Below are positions 24,312-36,900 of a stretch of 64,000 nt of DNA, piece by piece. The notes under the pieces were generated by a model. It was not told the DNA's origin. It saw only the letters and a program-made list of their open reading frames with translations, and did not search any database. Every line of letters starts with the position of its first letter. Position 1 is the stretch's first letter. The translations under genes were made by a program, and so were the position numbers. This DNA is from Isurus oxyrinchus (lineage: Eukaryota), in the NCBI GenBank assembly GCA_026770705.1, contig JANJGN010000189.1, forward strand, positions 248,001 through 312,000. Direction: 5' to 3'.

Positions 24312-24772
24312 GGGTCAGTACTGAGGGAGTGCTGCACTGTCGGAGGGTCAGTACTGAGGTAGTGCTGCACTGTCAGAGTGTCAGTACTGAGGGAGTGCTG
24401 CACTGTCAGAGGGTCAGTACTGAGGGAGTGCTGCACTGTCAGAGGGTCAGTACTGAGGGTGTGCTGCACTGTCAGAGTGTCAGTACTGAGGGAGTGCTGC
24501 ACTGTCGGAGGGTCAGTCCTGAGGGAGTGCTGCACTGTCGGAGGGTCAGTACTGAGAGAGTGCTGCACTGTCGGAGGGTCAGTACTGAGTGAGTGCTGCA
24601 CGGTCAGAGTGTCAGTACTGAGGGAGTGCTGCACTGTTGGAGGGTCAGTACTGAGGGAGTGCTGCACTGTCGGAGGGTCAGTACTGAGGGAGTGCTGCAC
24701 TGTCAGAGGGTCAGTACTGAGGGAGTGCTGCACTGTCAGAGGGTCAGTACTGAGGGAGTGCTGCACTGTCAG
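24312..24772. repeat. 33-bp SINE-derived tandem array (~14 copies)
   Basis: Near-perfect units visible. Confidence 0.92.
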
Positions 24773-25029
24773 AACTGCCATACTTCAGATGATGTTTGAA
24801 ATTAGCAACATGCCTCGTTTAAAATTCTAAATCATCAGCTCAATATAAATAGATTAGTACTGTATGTTTCACTTTACTGCAAATTGTTCATGGTTTCATT
24901 TCCTTGTTAACCAGGCTCATGTGATCACTATTTTTAAATAATGTTTGTTATTTGGAACTACAAACAATTTAAAGTTTTAAATTTTTATTGCACTCTATAA
25001 TTATATTACCTCTGATATCTGTCTCTACA

Positions 25030-25905
25030 ACCCTGGGGACTCATTCTCCTGTAAGTAAAACAATTGCTGCTCCTGTCAAATCTCTTCTGTACAGTATGGT
25101 CTCTGGATGTCCCAGAACACTTTACAATAGAGTTCACCCTTTCTTTGAAGCGCAAGAGGTTTTTATAAAACTAAATTAAACATTGATTAACAAGAAAAAT
25201 GATTTTTAAGCATTCACATATGTCTATAAATTACCACGATAATAACTTCTAAATCTCTTAATTAATCTAACTTCCATTTACACTTTTGTTAAGGCAGCAG
25301 TAAAACACAGAGACTTTAAAAGTCCCAGGAAAAGTAAATGATACTCTGAATAGTAGTGTTCAAAGTGAGTTTTCTTAACTTCAGTCCCTGGAGGCAGCAG
25401 TTTGGTACATGCAGTCTGAAGGCTTTTCACCGTTGCTAGTTCTTAAAAACACCGACCCTTACACACAGCCTTCACTCCTTGATACATATTTTCTCCTCTG
25501 AACGCAAATTCCCATTGTTTCACTATGTCTTTGGACTTTATCTTTGTAATAATACAAATCTCTCATAGCCCTAACTTTTACCTGAGCTTTGGCAAAAATA
25601 AACACACTGTTTCTTATCTTGACCTGGCTCGGTGACACATTTCTCTCCTTCTTTGAAAACAATCTAGTTTGGTTTAATTTAAAATGCAAATTGCTTCCTT
25701 TACACTTCACATTCTAAAACTTCCCCATGTTTACCTAATAAACAGTTTACGAACTTCTCACATCAAAAAACCCGGACCAGCTTCCTCTAATTCAAATAAG
25801 TCTCACACAAACACATCACAGACACATGTGGACACAGAGACATGGACTCTATTTTACAATAAATTCCAATAACATTATGGAGATTATTATATATTCCTGA
25901 CATGC
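25030..25905. mobile_element. LTR-like element related to 32448-33409
   Basis: Shared blocks in the same order (attaacaa..., aaggca-cagt, aaaaataaacacact, aaaatgcaaatt). Confidence 0.5.
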
Positions 25906-26182
25906 TGTCACTCAGTCGCAGTTTCCTGTNNNNNNNNNNNNNNNNNNNNNNNNNNNNNNNNNNNNNNNNNNNNNNNNNNNNNNNNNNNNNNNNNNNNNNN
26001 NNNNNNNNNNNNNNNNNNNNNNNNNNNNNNNNNNNNNNNNNNNNNNNNNNNNNNNNNNNNNNNNNNNNNNNNNNNNNNNNNNNNNNNNNNNNNNNNNNNN
26101 NNNNNNNNNNNNNNNNNNNNNNNNNNNNNNNNNNNNNNNNNNNNNNNNNNNNNNNNNNNNNNNNNNNNNNNNNNNNNNCGGG

Positions 26183-26412
26183 GAGTGAACTGGCTCCCTT
26201 TCTATTCAAACCCCATGGTTGGTCGCAAAAAAGCGTTTTAAAATATATTTTCCCCCAAATGCAATTTCCAAAACAAGTGTCTTTGGTTGTTAAGGTTCAA
26301 CTTAACAACCAAGACACTTGTTTTGGAAATTGCATTTGGGAGGAAATATATATTTAAACGCTTTTTTGGCGACCAACCCATGGGGTTTGAATAGAAAGGG
26401 AGCCAGTTCACT
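26183..26412. repeat. ~230-bp palindrome between two N gaps
   Basis: agtgaactggctccctttctattcaaaccccatgg... is the reverse complement of ...ccatggggtttgaatagaaagggagccagttcact; centre near 26295. Confidence 0.9.
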
Positions 26413-28399
26413 NNNNNNNNNNNNNNNNNNNNNNNNNNNNNNNNNNNNNNNNNNNNNNNNNNNNNNNNNNNNNNNNNNNNNNNNNNNNNNNNNNNNNNNN
26501 NNNNNNNNNNNNNNNNNNNNNNNNNNNNNNNNNNNNNNNNNNNNNNNNNATGCATACACAAACAAACGCACACACGCACACATAAACACACACACACACA
26601 CACTCACAGACAGGTACACAGAAACGCATAGTCATACACAAAGGCACACACACACACACAGACAGGCTCACACACACACAGACAAATGCATGCACACACA
26701 CAAGCTCACACAGACAAGTACAAAGACACTACTCATACACACAGACAGGCACAGACACACACACACACACGCTCACACAGGAAGGCACACACACACACAC
26801 ACATACACAAACACACACATACTCACAAACACAGACAGATATCAGAGGTAATATAATTATAGAGTGCAATAAAAATTTAAAAGAGGATATGATTATATTG
26901 TTTGCTTGTCTTTGTGGTGTCGGTTGTGAATGTTGAAGCTGTTTTAAATTAGTTGGTTTGCTCTAGAATCCTGTAGTTCATCTAGCTCAGACTTGGATGT
27001 GTTTGAAGACATTCTGTTAGCTTCAGACAGAGAGAGAGAGGAAAGCGAAAGAGAGACAGAGAGAGAGAGAGAGAGAAGGAAAAAATCATTTCTGCTCTTT
27101 TCCAGCAGTGTTTGTGGAAGACTGCCATATTTCTTTTTCCCCTCCTTTCTCTTATATCTGCTTGGCAGAACCATTTGTTAAACTTCTGTCTGTATATTCC
27201 TGAGAGGGAATTCGATCAGCATGTTTTACATTCATTGTTATAGTCCAAGTATTCCCATTTTTTATCTTTGCATCTCCAAAACATTTGATGCATTTCAAGA
27301 TATAAATCAACAGGAGATGGGGGTATTGCATCCTCCACAGGGGGTTTTGAATGGCTGATGATTATCCGCTTGGTGAGCAGTTCCCAATGTTTTGACAGAA
27401 CTACAGCTGATCAAAGTCCAGCACTTTGCATTTTAATACCTTCCTTTGAAGAGTGTCCCTGTTTGAAGTGGACCCTGACACACCGCAGGCGTGAATTTCC
27501 ATGCAACAGGATCTGAAGTGCAATTCATTTGAACTTTTCCAGAGAAGTGATCAACTTCACAGTATCAGCAATCAGATCACTTGTGTCAGCCATTTTTCAC
27601 CTGTGCACAATCTTGTATTTCTTTGAAAAATAGGTCACTTTTAGACGGTTCAATACATCTTTGGTCTGTTAGCTAAGTTGTAGGAAGCTCTTAATCGCAG
27701 TTTGCTGTCGTTGGGATATTATCTTTGTGTGTGTGTTTGTACATGCGTGTGAGTGAGTGTGTGAGTGAGTGTGTTTGTGTGTGAATGTGAGTGTGTTTGT
27801 TTGTGTATGTGTGTGTGCATGACTATGTGTGTGAGTGTGAGTGTGCCTGTGTGTATGTGTGTCTGTCTGTATGTGTGTGTGTGTGTGTCTGTATGTGTGT
27901 GTTTTTGTGTGAGAGAGAGAGCATTTCACAGAGTGAAACTTCCCTGAGTCTGGCCGCTGTGTTTAACATTTAAGCCACACAGACAGGATGTGGTTAAAAG
28001 GTGAAACCACAAGGAGTGAGTGTGTTTCTCAGTGACTGTCTCTCTGTGGGTTTCCTGTGGGTTTCTGTGAACTGCCTGTGGTTTTAAAAAAAAATCTTCC
28101 AACCCCACATGCACGGCATCAAATAAGGATTTGGAAGCTGCAGCTCAAAGAGTAACTAGTCCCCCGAGAATTCACAGCCCCTCAAACACAGATTAACAGC
28201 ATTAATCCTGACCGTCAGCCCACTCACTCATTGCCTCTTGTCTCAGACACTAGAAAGTGGAAGTTAAGGCCGGATTTTCACTCCCAGGTCGGGGATCACA
28301 GAGACGGCAGAATTCCCGGCTCCGCCAACTCGACCTCTAAACCTGTCAGTCCCAGATTCCGATGTGTGGTCCAGGGGTCGGGGGGCTGTGGGTGGGTCG

Positions 28400-29860
28400 G
28401 TCATGGTGGTGGGGGTGGGGGGAGGGGGGGTGGTAGGGATGGTTGGGGAGGGGGGTGGGTTGGTCGGACATGGTGGTGTGGGTGGGGGTGTGGATGGTGG
28501 GGGGGTGGAGGTGGGGAAGAGGGTGGGGGTCTGGATGCGGGTGTCGGTGGGAGTGTGGGTGGGGCTGGGGGTGGGGGTGGGGGGTGGTGGGGGTGGGGGT
28601 TGTGGGGGGTGGTAGCATGGGTGATGGTGGGGGTGGAGGTGGTAGGGGGTGGGGGGAGGGGGTGGGGGTGGTGATGGGGTGTGGGTGTGGGTGGGGGCGG
28701 TGGGGGTGGGGGGCAGGGGAGGGGGGTGGTGGTGGAGGTGGTGATGGGGGTGGAGGTGGGAGAGAGGGGGGTGGGGATGGGGGGTGGAGATGGGGGAGGG
28801 GGGGATGGGGGTGTTGGTGGGTTTGGGGGTGGGGGATGGGGTGGGGGGTGTTGGTGAGGGTAGGGTGGTGAGGGAGGGGTTGATGGTGGGGGTGGTGGGG
28901 GGTGGGGGTGCGGTGGGGGGTGGGGATGTTGGGGGTGTGGGTGGGGGAGGGGGTGGTGGGGGTGGTGGGGGTGCGTGTGGGGGTGGGTGTGGGGGTGGGG
29001 GTGTGGGGTTGGGGAGGGGTAGGGTGTGGGGTTGGGGGGGTGGGGGTGGGGGAGGGAGTGGTGAGGGTGGGGGAGGGAGAGGGTTTGGAGGTGGTGGTGG
29101 GGGTGGGGGAGGGGGTGGGTTTGGGGGTGGGTGTGGGGGGTGGGGGGGTGGGGTGGGGTTGGGAGTAGGGGAGGGGTGGGGGGTGTGGGTGGGGCCGTGG
29201 GTGGGGGGTAGGGAGGGGGTGGGGTGGGGTTGGGCGTGGGGGGTGGGGGGTGGGGGGTAGGGAGGGTGTGGGGGTGGGGTTGTGGATGGGGGTGGGGGTG
29301 GGGGTGGGGGTGGTGGGGTGTGGGTGGGGGTGGGGGTGGGGGTGGTGGGCGTGGGGGGTGGGCGTGGGGGTGTGGATGGGGGTGGGGGTTGGGGTGGGTG
29401 TGGTGGGGGGTGGGGGTGTGGGTGCTGGGCGTGGGGGTGTGGGGGGTGGGGGTGGGGTGTGGGGGTGGGGGTGGTGGTAGGTGTGGGGGAGGGGGAGGGT
29501 GTGGGTGGGGGTGGGGGTGGGGTGGGTGGGGGGTGGGGGTGGGTGGGGGGGGGTGGGGGTGGGGGTGGGTGGTGGGGGTGGGGGGTGGGGGTGGGTGTGG
29601 GGGTGGGGGGTGGGGGTGGGTGGTGGGGGTGGGGGTGGGGATGTGGGTAGGGGTGGGTAGGTGTGTGGGGCTTTGGGTGGTGGGGTTGGGTGTGGGGGAG
29701 GGGGTGGGGGTTGGGTTTGGGTGTGCGGGTGGTGGGGGTGGGGGTGGGGGAGGTGGACGGGGTGGGGGGTATGGGGGAGGGGGTGGTGGGGGTGGGGGTG
29801 GGGGTGGGGTGTGGGTGTGGGGGTGGTGGGGGTGGGGGTGTGGGTGGGGAGGGGGTGATG
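28400..29860. repeat. G-rich low-complexity tract, (GGGGT/GGGGGT)n
   Basis: About 1.45 kb of almost only G and T on the + strand. Confidence 0.95.
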
Positions 29861-31409
29861 TGGTCTAGAATAGCAGTCCGACTGGGTGACCCCGGAGCGG
29901 TGAGGGGTCAGGGGAGGGCCCGGTGGGGGTCGGGTCCCTCGGGCACCGATAAAAAGCGGGGCCTTCAGAAAGGCCCATTTGAGAGGTGGGTGGTCAATGG
30001 TGAAGACCCTGTGTCTCGGGGGAGACGTCGTCGTCTTGTCAGGCGAGTGTCTGACTGTAAACTCTGTCCGCCTGTTACCTGAGCCTGGAACGTTCGGCCC
30101 ATCATGGGCTTTCCCATCAATGGTGAAGTCCCTGTGGGGGAGGGGCAGTCCCTTGAGTAATGGTGGGGACAATGGACGAGCTTCTTTATGTGGGAGGGGT
30201 CTCACCAGGGATTGGCTGAGAGCAATTGGGAGATGGGAGGAGCTCATGAGAATCTGTTTTTACACAAGGAGCGTCTGGCGATGACCCCGCCCCACACAGG
30301 GGCAGCCCTGGCTACATGGCCACGCCCCCCAGCTGCTCTGTCATTGGCCGCTTCCTCATCCTCATCCCTTCCAGATTCTTCCAAACGGACAGAGGAGCAG
30401 GCAGCACATTCTTCATACCCTTGCTGGGGCAGATTGCAGAGCTCCACCTGAGGCCAATATTTACCCCCAACTAACACCCTAAAAACAGATGGTCTGGCTC
30501 ATTCTCACATTGCTGTTTGTGGGAGCTTGCTGTGCGCAAATTGACTGTGGTGTTTCCTACATTACAACGGGGATCTGCACTTCACAGATAGTCCTTCATT
30601 CCCTGAGAAATGGTTTTGAACAGTGGATGCTGTGGAACAGTAGGAAACATGGCAGACAATTTCTGCACAGCAGGATCCCACAAACAGCAGTGAGATACAG
30701 ACCCAGAACATCTGTTTTTTTTAATGATGTTGGTTTAGGGATAAATATTGGTCCCAGGACACTGGGGATAACTGCCCCACCCGACTCCATACCCACCCCC
30801 TACACTTCACCCAAAAAGTGTCCATGGGGTTTTTGACATCCATCCGAGGTGTCCACTCTGTGCCTGTTCCAGGATCTTGAGGCTCAAGACCCAACATTGG
30901 GTTCACTTTGAGCCTATCCAATCAGGCACAGGGACTGTTCCCACAAACTGCCAGGCCCTGACTTAAGGCTATTGTTCCCTCTCGGCATGAGAGGGATGAT
31001 GGGTTGAAGGTCATCTTTCACCCGAATCCTGTCTTAACAACATTGTAAACGCAGTAGGAAAAATCCCACTGGCCCCTTGTATCTTAACAACATCGTAAAC
31101 ATGACCTAAAGAATCCCCTGGTCACCCCTGAGTGTTTCTAATATTGTAAACACAGTGGGCATATTTCCTCCAGCCTCTGAGAGGTAAAACTATGACACTA
31201 GAGCACCGCCACTGGCAGGAGGGTGTAACTACAGTGTGACATGTTTACATGGGAATGTTACATTACAAATGAAGGTACATGATTGTAAATAATGAAAAGG
31301 GCATGTGATAACAGGAAATGGTGCCTTGAGAATGGAATTATTCACCAGAGAATGGTATTCACATTTGAAAAACAATGTACAGAAATGTCTGAGCATTTTA
31401 ATTGCTTGT

Positions 31410-33506
31410 TTTTTATATTCATTTATGGGATGTGGGTGGCGCTGTCTAGGCCAGAATTATTGCCCATCTCTAATAGCCCTTGAGAATGTGGTAGTGAGCT
31501 GCCGTCTTGAACTGTTGCAGTCCATGTGGGGTAGGTACACCCACAGTGCTGTTAGGGAGGGAATTGCAGGATTTGGACCCAGTGACAGTGCAGGAACGGC
31601 CGTATATTTCCAAGTCAGGATGGGGGTGAGTGACTTTGAGGGTAACTTCCAGGTGGTGCTGTTACCATGTATCTGCTGCCCTGTAATTCGAGATGGTAGT
31701 GGTTGTGTGTTTGAAGGTGCTGCCTAAGGAGTCTTGGTGAGTTCCTGCAGTGCACCTTGTAGATGGTACACACTGCTGCTACTGTGTGTCGGTTGTGCAG
31801 AGAGTGGATCTAGCGGGGCTGCTTTGTCCTGAGTGGTGTTGAGTTTACTGAATCTTGTTGGAGCTGCACTCATCCAGGCAAGTGGAGAGTCTTCCATCAC
31901 ACTCCTGACCTGTGCCTTGAAGGTGGTGGACAGGCTTTGGGGAGTCTGGAGTGAGTTACTCACTGCATGATTCCCAGACACTGATCTGCTCTTGTAGCCA
32001 CAGTGTTTATATGGCTAGTCCAGTTCAGTTTCTGGTCAATGGTAATCCCCAGGATGTTGATAGTGGGGGATTCAGCAATGGTAATGCCATTGAACATTAA
32101 AGGGCGATGGTTAGATTCTCTCTTATTGGAGATGGTCATTGCCTGACACTTGTCAGCGCAAGCCTGGATATTGTCCAGGTCTTGCTGCATTTGGACAAGG
32201 ACTGCTTCAGTATCTGAGGAGCCGTGAACGGTGCTGAACATTGTGCAATCATCAGTGAACATCCACACTTCTGTCCTTATGATGGAAGGAAGGTCATTGA
32301 TGAAGCAGCTGAAGATGGTTGGGCCGAGGACACTACCCTGAGTAACTCCTGCAGTGAAGTCTTGGAACTGAGATGATTGACCTCCAACATCCACAACTAT
32401 CTTCCTTTGTGCTGGGTATGGCTCCAACCAGTGGAGTGTTTTCCCTCTGTTATGATGTGGTAGATGATGTGTGCCAGGGGGACAAAATCCACAAGGGAAA
32501 CTTGGTCACACTATTACAACGGTTTTGCAATTTGTATTTATTATGAGATGTGTGCACTGAATTCAGGAGTAATGTGTCAACCAAGACATTTAGAGATCTT
32601 AAAAATTAAATTTCAATATTTATTAACAAAATACAAGATTTCAAGCACACACATAAGGATACGGTTACTACTATAACAAATCCTAAACTTCCTAATTAAC
32701 CTTAAAGATGGTGGACAGGCATTGGGAAGTCTGGAGATGAGTAGTACAACCCCATTTAAGGCAACAGTCCAAAATAGATTTTAGATTTAAAAACAAAACC
32801 AGCAAGTTAACACAGAACACACTTGAGAGTGGAATTCCAAATGGCTTTCTCAATCTATAGTCACTGAACATAACAGACCTATGGACAAATGCCTGGAGGC
32901 TTCTTCAAGGCTGATTCACACACTCTTGTTAGATTTTACATGGTCCCCAAAATAGCCTTTCATTCTCCTTTGTTGATGTTTCTCTCTCTTTGATATGTAA
33001 ATTTCATTGTTCCATATGTCTTTGGAATGATACATTTCCAATAATATAAAAACTTTCATGTTGCCAATGTTGTCAATAACCTTTGGGAAAAATAAACACA
33101 CTCCTTTGCCTTGCATATCGGCCTCGTTGTAAACAGACCAACAGCCCTTTGAAATCCAAACAATCCCGTCACTTATCTAAAAATGCAAATTCCCCTCACA
33201 CCTTACATGCTAAGTCAGCCTCCATGTTCACTCACTAGCATTTCAAGTACATTTCTACATCTAGCTTCTTTTGATAATCTCAAACTTGCAGTCTACCTGA
33301 CTCCAGATGTAATTAAGCCACACAGACAGACCCATCTACACTCACACCCATAAACCTAGTTTACAACAAACCAGGAAAATATTAAGCAAATTATTATACT
33401 TTCGTACCACCCCTGATTCCCATTGATTCCAGTTTTGCTCGGGCTCCTAGATGCCACACTCGGTCAAATGCAGCCTTGATGTCAAAGGCAGTCACTCTCA
33501 CCTCAC
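31410..33506 (-). mobile_element. 5'-truncated LINE (same family as 6870-9075) inserted in the 3' region of gene B
   Basis: AGVTQGSVLGPTIFSCFINDLP motif; flanked by CTTGT at 31405-31409 and 33507-33511. Confidence 0.85.
32448..33409. mobile_element. Solo-LTR-like element nested in the LINE
   Basis: TGTTATGA...TCGTACCA termini; the LINE sequence resumes collinearly on both sides. Confidence 0.65.
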
Positions 33507-33700
33507 CTTGTATTAACAGATGTAACATTATACATAATTCATAAGCTTCTCACAATCTTTTACAGCATGGAAAAAGGTGCAGCATTCAGAAAGCTCACTC
33601 AGAAACAATAAAAAAAAGTTGAGCAACATCATATTTCTGTTCATTACTATTTGGCCATGTTGGCTGCACACACCCCACAGCCCCGCTCCCTGTTTCACAC

Positions 33701-33949
33701 TCAGTTTTTCTGGAACCTGATCTGTGCGTATTCCGTGTCCTCGCTCCTGTGCACAGTCCTGTCACCGCCGGGCAGCTTTGAAAAGTTGATGTTGGCGTAG
33801 AGAAGCTCGTCGGGTTTGTCAGGGTTCCCATGTCCAACATCGCCTCCTACTGGACCTTCAGAGAGATCCCGGGGAGCTGGGGTCTCCCCCTCACTAGTTG
33901 TGTCTCTGGTTGTGTTCCGGGGCTCAGTAATCAGCACGTTCTGTTTACC
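33701..33949 (-). CDS. Gene B terminal exon, distal copy: ...DELLYANINF...DTEYAQIRFQKN* (ITIM + ITSM-like)
   Basis: Acceptor tttctctgtAG, phase 0, 249 nt; LxYxxI and TxYxxI motifs. Confidence 0.88.
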   Translation of the reverse strand, partial: GKQNVLITEPRNTTRDTTSEGETPAPRDLSEGPVGGDVGHGNPDKPDELLYANINFSKLPGGDRTVHRSEDTEYAQIRFQKN

Positions 33950-36900
33950 CTACAGAGAAATGGAAACAGAAGACATCCTCACATCAATTACTGGTACTGA
34001 TAGGGTTAAATTATTGTGCAGACTTGTTTAATTCTCTGTCTCCTATCGGATAAAAGGCACCACCTATGGCAGTGCAGTGCTCCCTCAGTACTGACCCTCC
34101 AACAGTGCAGCACTCCCTCAGTGCTGACCCTCCGACAATACAGCGCTCCCTCAGTACTGACCCTCTGTCAGTGCAGCACTCCCTCAGTACTGACCCTCCA
34201 ACAGTGCAGCACTCCCTCAGTGCTGACCCTCCGACAATACAGCGCTCCCTTAGTACTGACCCTCTGTCAGTGCAGCACTCCCTCAGTACTGACCCTCCAA
34301 CAGTGCAGCACTCCCTCAGTACTGACCCTCTGACAGTGCAGCACTCCCTCAGTACTGACCCTCTGACAATGCAGCACTCCTTCAGTACTGACCCGCTGTC
34401 AGTCCCGCACTCCCTCGGTAATGGCTCTGGTGAGTGACGGCTTGGATTCTGCACTCAGGTGCCTGGTGTGAGGCTCAATAACATGAACCTTGTAATCAGA
34501 GAGAGGATGAGAGAGAGGGATAGAGGAGGGATAGAGACAGAGTGTTATTAATCTATTAATGTTTGTATTATAAATGCAAACTGTCTTTTTAAACAGAGGT
34601 TTAGTCTGTGTGTGTGTCTGTGTGTATTTAAATTGGATTAAAGACAGCCAGTCTGGGTGCTTTGATGTATAGTAGTTTTGAGATGCAAACAAAGAGGTAA
34701 AGTGGTAATTTGCATTTTTAAATAAAACATTCAAAGTCTGAGAGTGAAATCTTAAACCAATCAACGTTTATATTACTAATAAAATTGATACGATGAAAGG
34801 GGATTTATTATTGGAAGAGATGGAGTTCAAAGGTCCTGATGATACATTGCGAATTTACCTTCAAACAGAAGCCATAAGACCATAAGACATAGGATGAGAA
34901 ATTAGACCATTCGGTCCATCGAGTCTGCTCCACCATTCATACATGGCTGATATGTTTCACAAACCCCATTCTCCCACCTTCTCTCCTAACCATTGATCCC
35001 CTGACCAATCAAGAGCCCATCAATCTCCATCTTCTTCACACTCAAGAGCTGGGTATAACTTGAGCAGTTTTGTGTGTGCAGAGCAGAGGCTTGTGACAGC
35101 AAAGCAGCTGTAAGCCTGCACCTGTCTGCAAAGGAACCAAAGTGAAAGGAACCTCATTTGGAATTTGTGAGGTGAAAATGCTTTGCCTAGTGTCTGCTTA
35201 AAGTCTATGGGTTGTCTTGGAGGAGATTAGTTTGAGAATTTGTTATACAGTTATGATAATACTAGTTTGTAGCCATGTGCATATGTTTAACTTGTGAAAA
35301 TTAATAAATGTCTCATTTAGATTGATATAAAATCATCTTGAGAACTGGTGGTCTTATTCCTGAATTTAGAGCTGCATCTCAAACATTCCACTGGGAAATA
35401 TAGGTTACGACAGCTGTTTAAAGTTTCCCTCTGGGATTTTAAGCAACAGCCTTTACCAGTTGCTGTGTCATAACAGAGAGACAGCATGATACTGAACCAT
35501 TGCTGACTCCACAGGTACAAATCAGTGGGTAACTGGGCTGGGAATCTGGGACATATGTTGTCTACACACTGAGATTGAAGCTTTGGAGTGAGTGTAAACA
35601 GCTCCTGTACCTGGTGCTTCACAGAGAGTGGACTGGGGTTCAATGCAATGTCACTGGTCCCTGAAACTCTCTCCTCCATCGCTGTCTTTCTCCTGCAATA
35701 ACAAAATATCACACTGTGGTTATCATATAGCAGAGAGTCAGTGCAGCACAGACACAGAGCCCACTGTAACCTTACACCAATGACTGGACTCTCTTTAAAT
35801 CACCTCTGCACAAAGCACAGAATCAAGACGCTCGACACCATCCAGGACAAAGCAGCCCGATTGATCCATACCACATCCACCACATTAAACATTCACTCCC
35901 TCCACCATGAACACACAGTGGCAGCAGTGTGTGTACCATCTACAAGATGCACTGCAGCAAATCAGCAAGGATCCTTCAACAGCACCTTCCAAACCCACGA
36001 CCTTTACCATCTAGAAGGACAAGGGCAGCAGACACATGGGAACACCACCACCTGGAAGTTCCCCTCCAAGTCACTCACCATCCTGACTTGGAAATATATC
36101 ACCGTTCCTTCACTGTCGCTGGGTTAACATCCTGGAATTCCCTCTCTAACAGCATTGTGGGTGTACCTACACCACATGGACTGCAGCGGGTGAAGAAGGC
36201 AGCTCACCACCACCTTCTCAAGGGCAGTTAGAGATTGGCATCAATGCGGACATCACCAGTGACAGCCACATTCGATGTAAGAATTAAAAACCTCACAGCT
36301 CAATGTATTTATTGTGACCCTGCTGCACACACGCCCTGTCGAAGGAACCTCTGTGGTTCCATTGTTAATCGAAGCAGATCAGAGTTACTGCAACAACTTG
36401 CATTTATATAGCACCTTCAATGTAGCAAAATGTCCCAAGGCTCATCCGGGGATTGTTAGTCACATTTCACCTGACTCTGAGGCACATGAGGAGATATTAG
36501 GGACAGGAGACCAACAGCTGAGTCAACAAAGTCAGTTATTAACGGGCATCTTAAAGGAGGAGCTGGAGATAGAGAATGAGAGACAGACACAGAAAGAAAG
36601 AGAGAGACAGAGAGGAAGAGAGAGAGAGAGAGAGAGACAGTGAATCTCACTCCCCAATGGCTCAGCATCCAGTCCTCTCTGGAGAAGCATTTCATTCCAA
36701 ACCACACCAACCGTAGCCCAATTCCATCCCTTCCTCCCTCTCTCCCCCTCTCCCCCAGTGGGTTGTTTCCTGTTCCCAGGAATCTCAATCCCTACCCGCA
36801 CACCCACACCTCCTCACTCCCACTCCCCATTTCTCATTCAGTTATTCTCAAACCTGATCTGTGCGTATTCCGTCTCCTCTTCCCTGTGGACAGACCCATC

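Noticed and set aside
28346-30247. 633-aa Pro/His/Thr-rich ORF and the overlapping Gly-rich ORFs
   Set aside because: Translation of a low-complexity G-tract that lacks stops by composition; no domain or splice support
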